From: Fibrobacterota bacterium
Lineage (GTDB): Bacteria; Fibrobacterota; Fibrobacteria; UBA11236
Length of the DNA: 18,398 bases
Reading direction: 5' to 3'
Assembly (NCBI GenBank): GCA_043753995.1
Contig: JAYUVP010000047.1
Span: 1 to 18,398, forward strand
This document shows, piece by piece, positions 1-6,990 of the stretch (its first letter is position 1; every line of letters starts with the position of its first letter). The translations under genes and the position numbers were made by a program. The notes beneath the pieces were generated by a model. That model was not told where the DNA came from and made no database searches. It saw only the letters and a program-made list of their open reading frames with translations.

Positions 1-1359
1 GAGATTTCTGCGCGTATAGGTGGTGCCGGTTTCGCTGGGGACAATAGGAATTCCCCGGAAATGCCATTGTAGGGTGGGGGTGGGATGGCCAGTCACGACG
101 ACGGAATACGAAGCATTTTCACCTTCGAATCGGGTCTGCGAAGCAGGCGAGGTCGTGAATCCTGGAGCAAATTGAACGTTGAGAGTAAAGGCTAGGGTCG
201 TTGTTCCAACTTGATTCCTCGCCGACGCAAGGGTTTGAAAGGGCCCACCGACCAGGGGCGTTCCAGAGACGATGCCGGAATTCGGATCCACCGTCAGGTC
301 ATTAGGCAGAGGTGAAAGCCCATAAGTGATGTTTCCTGTGCCAGTGGCGACCAGGGTGTCGGCACAGGGTTTGTTCAGGATGCAATTCGCTGTCCAAATG
401 GGCAGGACAAAAACAGGCGCCGTCGGGGAGGGATTCACCGTCAGCCTTGCTGAATTTGACATTACCGATTGTCCACCTGCATTGGTGACTCGGCAGGTGA
501 AATTAGACCCATTCCAAGCCACTCCTGGTGGGGTAAAGATATAGGTGGGTAAGGTTGCAGCGGTCCCCTGAATTACGGTTTCATTGCGATACCACTGGTA
601 GGAAAGCGGTGCTGACCCTGTGGCCAACACGCTAAAGCTGGCCAATTTATCTGCTGTTGTGGTGGTATCTCGGGGCTGAAGAGTGATGGCCGGTGGTACC
701 CAGCTCACATGCAGTACCGCTGAGCGACTCGTGACGGCCGTTCCTATGCCATTGCTAACGGTGACGGTAAAAAGGCTATTGCTGTCGGCAAAGGTGGCTG
801 CGGGTGTTGAATAATTAGCCTGATTTGCACCCGGTATCGGAACGCCATTTTTATTCCATAAATAAGTGAAATTCGCGGGTGTGCCTGCGGCAGTCACGGA
901 AAAACGCGCAATACTACCGACTGAAATTCGATTGTCTTGGGGTTGGGTCGAGATATAAGCCGGTTGATTTACGGTAACATATAGGCTATCCAAAGCCCAT
1001 TCGCTATCGGTACCACCTGGAGTGCCGGCCGTCTCCCCTAAGAGATAAACCGTAAACCTGCCAACTGTGGAAAATGTGGCAACAGCATCCCGTTCCAAAT
1101 CTGGATCGGTGATCACCGCACCGTCGCTCGGTTCGACGGACCAAAGCACTTGCTTAATCAAGGACGTTGTGGATGTGACCTCGCCAATGAGGCTTAGTCT
1201 GACGCTTCGGGACCCATTAGGCAATTGCAAATTCGTATCAGGACCGGCGTTTACATGAATGTCACCGAAGGAGCTTAACGGCAAAGCAAGAGCCAGGGCC
1301 AACGCATGTTTCCAGCTGGCCTTGTTCTTAGTTTGGATACTGAGCCCTATTCGAGACAT
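1..1359 (-). CDS. Secreted multi-Ig-domain surface protein, partial (3' end beyond the window): signal peptide, PKD-like domain, two Ig (I-set-like) domains, He_PIG-like domain, start of a further Ig domain
   Basis: Not in the ORF track. Manual translation from ATG at 1359 is open for 453 codons to position 1: MSRIGLSIQTKNKASWKHALALALALPLSSFG-DIHVNAGPD... Ig motifs ISTQPQD..FSVTAAG..YLWNKNG..TVTVSNG, ITLQPRD..FSVLATG..LSYQWYRN..FTCRVTN and FTTSPAS..VTGHPTPTLQW; He_PIG-like LPNDLTVDPNSGIVSGTP. Confidence 0.88.
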   Translation of the reverse strand, partial: MSRIGLSIQTKNKASWKHALALALALPLSSFGDIHVNAGPDTNLQLPNGSRSVRLSLIGEVTSTTSLIKQVLWSVEPSDGAVITDPDLERDAVATFSTVGRFTVYLLGETAGTPGGTDSEWALDSLYVTVNQPAYISTQPQDNRISVGSIARFSVTAAGTPANFTYLWNKNGVPIPGANQANYSTPAATFADSNSLFTVTVSNGIGTAVTSRSAVLHVSWVPPAITLQPRDTTTTADKLASFSVLATGSAPLSYQWYRNETVIQGTAATLPTYIFTPPGVAWNGSNFTCRVTNAGGQSVMSNSARLTVNPSPTAPVFVLPIWTANCILNKPCADTLVATGTGNITYGLSPLPNDLTVDPNSGIVSGTPLVGGPFQTLASARNQVGTTTLAFTLNVQFAPGFTTSPASQTRFEGENASYSVVVTGHPTPTLQWHFRGIPIVPSETGTTYTRRNL

Positions 1360-1406
1360 GATTTCTCACTTCGACACGCTTTGATCAACAACGGTAACCC
1401 GAGTAG

Positions 1407-1481
1407 CTCTTGAATTTTCAGAGATTCAAGAGTGAATTTACGGGAAGCTGTTTCCCTGTTTTTTGTTTCCGGAAACAGCTT
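1407..1481. promoter_or_regulatory. Two inverted repeats upstream of the Ig-domain gene (candidate operators or RNA hairpins)
   Basis: CTCTTGAAT(1407-1415)-N8-ATTCAAGAG(1424-1432); AAGCTGTTTCC(1445-1455)-N15-GGAAACAGCTT(1471-1481), which overlaps the perfect palindrome TGTTTCCGGAAACA (1464-1477). No U-tract, so not a classic intrinsic terminator. Confidence 0.45.
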
Positions 1482-1590
1482 AAATCAAACTTAGATAGCG
1501 AGAATATGCTGCGATTCTTTATGTCCAGAGATTCGTAAAATGACGGTTTTTGTCTGGCAAATTAAATCAAATATGTAAAGCAAGCCGACA

Positions 1591-4500
1591 TTATAGCCCC
1601 CAAATTTGGGACCATTGAGGATTACCGCTTAAATCTTGCCCTTGTATTCGCACCCATCCTGAACCTGGCCATTGGGCAAGTATTTCCTGTTTACCTGTTC
1701 CTAGAAAAGTCCTTCCGAAGAGGGGCTTGCTCTGCCCAGTGGCGCTTAACCATGTAATATCTACCCAGGCGGCTTCTGGGAGTTGAAGCGATAGTTGACC
1801 CTGATTTCCCGTTCGGTTCCAGCGAAGGGTTCTTGTTCCAGGATTGGAGCTAGCCTCGGTGAAGCCGGCCAGTTTTCCCAAGGCGGCCGCAGTTCCAACA
1901 ACAATATCCAAGGTGTCGCGATTCGAATTCCACCAGGCGAGGTTTTGGTTCGTCCGCAATTCCTGTCTTAAACCGCGCTTGGGAAGCCAAGCCCAAGCCT
2001 GCATTCCACTTGGCAAATTTTGGGTGAAAACTTGTAAGCTCGGTATGATTTGGGGGTTTTCTGTCTTTCCAAAAACAAGCTGAAAGTGTGCCGGAACTTG
2101 CATTCCTGAATGCACAAAATCTTCGGTTAAAGCGCGCCCATGGCGAAAGGCCCGTAGTCTTTCTTTGCCCGCAGTAAGTGGTGGCAATGCCAATTCATCT
2201 TCGCTGCCAATCGATTCCTTGGCTCCGGAAAATGCGCCGAGCAAGACGGGCAGTCGATTAGGTTCACCCAGGCTAATGTGCCATTCTTCAGAATTTCGAC
2301 CTTGCTTTGTTGCTCCAGGGTTTGGGTTTCGTCGGCTCAAAATCAGGGTGGTGTCCCTGCCGCGATTGTAAACGAAATATCCCTTCCAGGGAACAAGGCT
2401 ATCCACGGGGGCATAGTCTATTGTGCTATGGCTGAACCCAATGAGGCTGCGCACATTACTACGCGCATAATTGCTCTGGTCGCGTGTAATAGGCCATTTC
2501 AAGCTGGTCAAGGATGGACACCCTATCATATTCCAGCCTGAGCGGAGAGTCATTCGGAAATAACCGTCGGAGTCGGAGGACGCGGTTTGGAATCGCGGAA
2601 GTTTTATGCTTTGCAAAGACTTATCTGCGGCAAGCCAAAAACCTTGACCCGATTTCAATGGGGATTCAAAGCTGACGGACTGATACTTTTCCAAGCCATT
2701 CCATTCTTGAGCCATGAATTGCGTCTCTGGATTTTTTTCAGACAACTGGCTTAAGGTCACTGGAGCTATGGAGGAATGACTGGGAAAAGCCACCAAATCC
2801 CAGCTATAGTCCTTTTCTCCCAGGCGTAAGTTTTTGGGTGTGGACACTGAACTGAATACTTGTGAAAACACAAAAGGCTGGGTGGTGTCGGAAGGAAAGC
2901 TTGTGGATTGAAAATGGTCCTCTACCAATACTTTGAGCCAGAGATCCTCCAATTTATCCTTGGTATTGCCGAGTTTCAAAATAAGCGTGTCCAAGGTGGA
3001 CTTGGTGGTGAGAGCCGCTTCCCATTTTCTGGTTCCGGAACTTTGCACTTGAAACGAACAATTGCGAATGTTATCACGGATTTCGATTCTCGCTATCGTT
3101 GAGTCGTCCTTACCTACCGATTGGCTTATCAACCGAACCTTGGGTGCCGATAGGTCACGACCCAGTACAAAGGTGCCGGCATAGTTAATGAGGACGGGGA
3201 AATTTCGGGTAACGAAAAGCAATCCGCTGGCCGTGATTTCATAGAGGGCTAATGCCAAGGTATCGACTGGCCGAAGAACTACATCGATTTTTTCACTATT
3301 CGCTGGCTTTAATAAAGTGAAGGCGGTGGGCTGAGCGATAATATTCAGATCCGCCGGCGTGGTCTGTATTAAAACGGGTACGGCTGGAGACAGTACATTA
3401 CCCAATTTCAGCTGATAAGGCGGCGAACTGTATTCGTTGTTGCCGATGACTATGGTGTCACCCCGTTTCTGCGATACCGTGAAATGCAAGTCGAGTCGAC
3501 CCTCGCTTTCTTCTTGATTCTCACCTTCTCCCAGGAATGTTTTTGCCTGTAGGTGAAAATTTTGTGTTGCCATCAACGGCTTCGATGCGTCATATCGCTT
3601 GGCGCGAAGCATATCGAAAATGGAATCACCCAGGGTGTAAAAAATCTCGGCTTGAGGCGTCACACAATGCAGGGAAATCAGGGTGCCGTAAGTCACCTCC
3701 CCGGCAGGGAGAGAGGCTATTGGCGCGGCGGGCTGTTGCCGATAAGTCTCTTCGGACAAATCACTAGAATCATCACCGACATAGGCGCGCATGCGTAGGG
3801 TGGTTGTTTTCGAAATCGTCACCATGGGTCGCTTGGGATCTAAAATGCTGTCTTTACCCAAGCGTGGCTCTGAGCCGTCCAGGGTATAAATGACAAGCGA
3901 CTTTTCCGTAGCCTCCCGGATGGTCACATTCAGGCTACCGGTAAACCTTCTGCTACTGGGCTCGGCGACAGGTGCCTGCGGTCGAGGGTTTGGAGTTTTG
4001 ATATAGCGCCAGGTTTTGATAGCGCTAGAAATGCCGCCATCTTTGGTGATGGCCTTGGCTTTAAGAATCGTTGTATCACCCGTAATGGTTTCGACTATGG
4101 TGTGCTCGCCTTGAACTTTCGGCTCTTTTCCGTCGAGTGTAAATACAATGATGGCCTTTGGATTGGCCGAGGTTACAGTCACTTTAACTGAATCTTTGAA
4201 TTGAAATTCAGAACCCGATTGCGGGAAATCCGCGATGGGCGGGCTGAGTGTCAAACGAAATGTTCGGACCAAGGTGTCGCTGGGGATATAGGTAAGTCCA
4301 TTCAAGGTGCTGGGCACGAAGGATCGGGCAATGAGAGTACGGGTTGAGTCTATTCGGATGGGCTTACTAGCGGAAAATAGTGAATCAGAAAGAGTCGGCG
4401 TTTTGCCATTGAGGGTATAGTGGATTGCTGAGCCTGGCAGGGTATTGGCCAAGGTCACCGAGAGGGTGTCGAGGAAGGCATCCACCTGGGTGGTGGTGAA

Positions 4501-5328
4501 AGGTTTCGGTGCCTTGGGTGTGTAAGTGTAGGTGGCGCTATCATAGGGACTCGCGACCTGTTCTGCCTTAATGGCATAGGCGCGTATTTTCGTGGTGGCT
4601 TCAGGAATTTTCACGGCTCCAGAATAAGGCTGAAATTTTTCGCTATTGAGGCTGAAATAAATGCTGGCGCCGGGTACCGTGGTGATGGTGTCTAAAAAAG
4701 CAGCCGAAAAGGAAGTGGACTTTACCTTGATGGTGGGCTTGAGGGTTGTGTCTTTTTTAGTGTAAATCGCTGATATCTCGTGACTATTGGCATAACCTGA
4801 TCGTAAAGAAAATGCCGTGAGAGTCATGGGAGGCTTGATTAAAACTGAGTCGCCTGGTTTTATTGTTTTTTCGGAATCCACGATGGACAGCACCTTGGTG
4901 ATGTAATGGATTTCTGCGCCTGGATCAGTATTGTAAACCTTGATATAAAAGTTGCCTTCATAGGCTCCCGCCGGATGAGAAAGCACGGGAACTGGAACCG
5001 ACTCCAGGACGTATTTTTGTACAACTGTATCGCTAGTGCCGAAGAAGGAGTTCGCGCACATGGCTGTGACCGTTGTCTTGGTTTTTACGGTTATTTCCGC
5101 GCGCGTATAGGACCACTTGGCCGACTCTACATTGGGATAGGATCCGTCCAAGGTGTAATACACATACTCGTTGTTCTTACAAGAAAGGTTGATATTGAGG
5201 CTGGTGTTAAAAGTTTTGCCCTCAGGCGAAAAGGTCGGTTTGTCAACCGGAATGAGCTGGAATTGGGCATGGCCAATATTCCAGGCGATTAAAATCGCAA
5301 ATACCAAATACCTCAGGTTCACGCGCAT
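1591..5328 (-). CDS. Large secreted protein (~1245 aa) with 7 Fn3-associated / chitobiase-beta-hexosaminidase C-terminal-like repeats and a putative C-terminal sorting (T9SS/FlgD-Ig-like) domain
   Basis: ORF 1591..5433. Start moved to ATG 5328 because it yields a signal peptide (MRVNLRYLVFAILIAWNIGHA|QF). Repeat cores: YYTLDGSYP, IHYITK, IYFSLNS, IHYTLNGKTP, VFTLDGKEP, IYTLDGSEP, IFYTLGDS. No catalytic domain recognised. Confidence 0.85.
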   Translation of the reverse strand: MRVNLRYLVFAILIAWNIGHAQFQLIPVDKPTFSPEGKTFNTSLNINLSCKNNEYVYYTLDGSYPNVESAKWSYTRAEITVKTKTTVTAMCANSFFGTSDTVVQKYVLESVPVPVLSHPAGAYEGNFYIKVYNTDPGAEIHYITKVLSIVDSEKTIKPGDSVLIKPPMTLTAFSLRSGYANSHEISAIYTKKDTTLKPTIKVKSTSFSAAFLDTITTVPGASIYFSLNSEKFQPYSGAVKIPEATTKIRAYAIKAEQVASPYDSATYTYTPKAPKPFTTTQVDAFLDTLSVTLANTLPGSAIHYTLNGKTPTLSDSLFSASKPIRIDSTRTLIARSFVPSTLNGLTYIPSDTLVRTFRLTLSPPIADFPQSGSEFQFKDSVKVTVTSANPKAIIVFTLDGKEPKVQGEHTIVETITGDTTILKAKAITKDGGISSAIKTWRYIKTPNPRPQAPVAEPSSRRFTGSLNVTIREATEKSLVIYTLDGSEPRLGKDSILDPKRPMVTISKTTTLRMRAYVGDDSSDLSEETYRQQPAAPIASLPAGEVTYGTLISLHCVTPQAEIFYTLGDSIFDMLRAKRYDASKPLMATQNFHLQAKTFLGEGENQEESEGRLDLHFTVSQKRGDTIVIGNNEYSSPPYQLKLGNVLSPAVPVLIQTTPADLNIIAQPTAFTLLKPANSEKIDVVLRPVDTLALALYEITASGLLFVTRNFPVLINYAGTFVLGRDLSAPKVRLISQSVGKDDSTIARIEIRDNIRNCSFQVQSSGTRKWEAALTTKSTLDTLILKLGNTKDKLEDLWLKVLVEDHFQSTSFPSDTTQPFVFSQVFSSVSTPKNLRLGEKDYSWDLVAFPSHSSIAPVTLSQLSEKNPETQFMAQEWNGLEKYQSVSFESPLKSGQGFWLAADKSLQSIKLPRFQTASSDSDGYFRMTLRSGWNMIGCPSLTSLKWPITRDQSNYARSNVRSLIGFSHSTIDYAPVDSLVPWKGYFVYNRGRDTTLILSRRNPNPGATKQGRNSEEWHISLGEPNRLPVLLGAFSGAKESIGSEDELALPPLTAGKERLRAFRHGRALTEDFVHSGMQVPAHFQLVFGKTENPQIIPSLQVFTQNLPSGMQAWAWLPKRGLRQELRTNQNLAWWNSNRDTLDIVVGTAAALGKLAGFTEASSNPGTRTLRWNRTGNQGQLSLQLPEAAWVDITWLSATGQSKPLFGRTFLGTGKQEILAQWPGSGWVRIQGQDLSGNPQWSQIWGL
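3476..5247 (-). repeat. Seven diverged ~80-aa protein-level repeats (Fn3-associated/CHB_HEX_C-like)
   Basis: Recurring pattern P-x-(F/I/A)...(I/V)-x-(Y/F)-T-L-(D/N)-G-x-x-P...T-x-(L/I)-x-A in the translation; boundaries approximate. Confidence 0.75.
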
Positions 5329-5550
5329 ATTTTTATAAGTACCGATTTTGTATGACCACAACGAGTATTTTAGCGCATTCAAATCGATTGGGGTTTGAAT
5401 TGCTGAAAATTTCGCAGCAGGATTTCGCGACACTTCGGTCCATTGTACCGTGGGGAGCGCGGTATTAGGCGAATGTACTGAAGCGGTAAGTGTTTCCGGA
5501 ATGGATAAATCCCCAATTTTTGGCTTGTTTAGGAAATCAGGAGCCCGTTT

Positions 5551-6090
5551 ATGCTTGTTTTAACCCACGTGGAAATTAACTCTCCCTTTCATTCCAGCCC
5601 CTCGTTGGAAGCCGGGCGTTGCTGGATTTTCCCAGCGAATCGGGATTTGTCGGTAAATACCGCTGAAATGATGTCGGTGCTTGACCCTTTTTTGTCGCAA
5701 TGGTCGGCTCATGGCGCCGCCGTAGAAGCCCAATCTGCCTTGCTTTGCGGTCATTTTTTAGTCATTGCGGAAGGTCGGGCGGGGGAAAGCAGTTCGGGTT
5801 GCAGTCAAGATGCCTTGCGTGGCTGTATCGCCCGTTTGGAGGCTATGCTGGCGACACCTCTGATGGCTGGGGGACGAGTGTTTTGGTTGGATGCTCAAGG
5901 AACTCTGAACGTGACCGATCGCGCTGGATTTAAAGCAGCCATTCAGGCGGGTCAAGTGAGTGCCGAGACCAAGGTTTTTGATACGCTTATTCAAAATGTG
6001 GCGGATTTGAGACTCGGTGTTTTTCTCAAGCCTGCCATGCAGTCATGGCACAAAAGTCTCTTTCCCGAAACCGTCTTGCCGGTGGTTTAG
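5551..6090 (+). CDS. Conserved hypothetical protein with WxxHG / SGCS / SWH motifs; resembles an FCB-group family often labelled 'ABC transporter ATPase' but has no Walker motifs
   Basis: 179-aa ORF with AGGAG RBS at 5539-5543. Motifs WIFPANR, WSAHG, SSGCSQD, VFDTL, SWH. Family assignment is from recall, not a search. Confidence 0.75.
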   Translation: MLVLTHVEINSPFHSSPSLEAGRCWIFPANRDLSVNTAEMMSVLDPFLSQWSAHGAAVEAQSALLCGHFLVIAEGRAGESSSGCSQDALRGCIARLEAMLATPLMAGGRVFWLDAQGTLNVTDRAGFKAAIQAGQVSAETKVFDTLIQNVADLRLGVFLKPAMQSWHKSLFPETVLPVV

Positions 6091-6108
6091 GGCAGGGGAG
6101 ACCTAAGG

Positions 6109-6948
6109 TCATGGCTCGCTTCGCAAATTGAGTGGGCCTTTGCCCTTTCCCAAGTTCGGTGAGGATTCCATGGCCTTTCGCACATAAAGTTTGGCGAGGC
6201 GTGCGGCGTCGACCAAAGAATGACCCCTCGCCAATCGTGCCGCCAAGGCGGAAGCAAGGGCGCAACCCGTACCATGGGTATTCTTGGTGAATAGGCGACC
6301 CCCCTGGAAATGCGATAGGTGGCCCTCGCTCCACAGTCGATCGATGGGGGCACCCGATAAGTGCCCCCCTTTCAGAAGCACGGCGCAGGGTAATTGCGAA
6401 GCAAAAGCTTTCAAAGCCGCGTCTAGTTCCGCTTCGTCTTTTTCCCAGCCTGCAATAGTCATTTCTGCCAGCAAGCCGAATTCCGGAATATTCGGCGTGA
6501 TTACCGTGGTGAGAGGCAATAACCTTTCGCGAAAGGCTGAGAGTGCGGCGGGGGCCAGTAAGGGCTGTCCCGAAGTGGATTGTAAAACCGTGTCAAGGAC
6601 CACCGGTAAATATTTAAAGAGGGGGTCAGCCAATAAGTCTATGACGCAATTCACCATGGCGAGACTGCCCAAGGCCCCGATTTTGATGGCTTGAGGGGCA
6701 ATGTCCCTCGCGGCAGTCAAGACCTGCTCAGCTACACGGTTAGGGTTACCGGGTTCGATACCATAGACGCCAAGAGTGTCTTGCACGGTTTCCAAGGTGG
6801 TAATACCTAGGGCATGGCATCCATGTCGGTTTATCACTTGGACATCGGCTAAAAGTCCAGCCCCACCGCTAGGATCCAGTCCGGCGAGAACTAAGACCAC
6901 CGGAGGCCGAGGTACAGTAAAGGTTTTAGTGGGAAGCTTGGTATTCAC
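6109..6948 (-). CDS. thiD: Hydroxymethylpyrimidine/phosphomethylpyrimidine kinase
   Basis: AGLDPSGGAGLLAD, AIKIGALG, VITPNIPE, VLLKGGH and the NTHGTGC anion-hole motif; GTG start. Confidence 0.92.
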   Translation of the reverse strand: MNTKLPTKTFTVPRPPVVLVLAGLDPSGGAGLLADVQVINRHGCHALGITTLETVQDTLGVYGIEPGNPNRVAEQVLTAARDIAPQAIKIGALGSLAMVNCVIDLLADPLFKYLPVVLDTVLQSTSGQPLLAPAALSAFRERLLPLTTVITPNIPEFGLLAEMTIAGWEKDEAELDAALKAFASQLPCAVLLKGGHLSGAPIDRLWSEGHLSHFQGGRLFTKNTHGTGCALASALAARLARGHSLVDAARLAKLYVRKAMESSPNLGKGKGPLNLRSEP

Positions 6949-6955
6949 GCGTGGG

Positions 6956-6961
6956 AAAATA
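6956..6961 (-). promoter_or_regulatory. Putative -10 element (TATTTT), 7 nt before the thiD GTG
   Basis: Minus strand TATTTT-cccacgc-GTG; no SD; same geometry as four other genes in the window. Confidence 0.45.
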
Positions 6962-6990
6962 ATACGCGCAAACCTTAGAAAGCTGCTGGC

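Noticed and set aside
1445..1481. Intrinsic terminator for the large repeat-protein gene
   Set aside because: The stem has no following U-tract on either strand; kept only as a candidate regulatory repeat.
1475..1571. FNR/CRP-type sites suggested by ATCAA half-sites
   Set aside because: No matching TTGAT half-site at the required 4-nt spacing.
5329..5433. 35-codon N-terminal extension of the 1280-aa ORF (GTG start at 5433)
   Set aside because: The signal peptide begins at Met36 (5328), and the extension overlaps inverted-repeat, regulatory-looking DNA.
6949..6990. TPP riboswitch upstream of thiD
   Set aside because: Only 42 nt of intergenic space and no conserved CTGAGA/TPP aptamer motifs.
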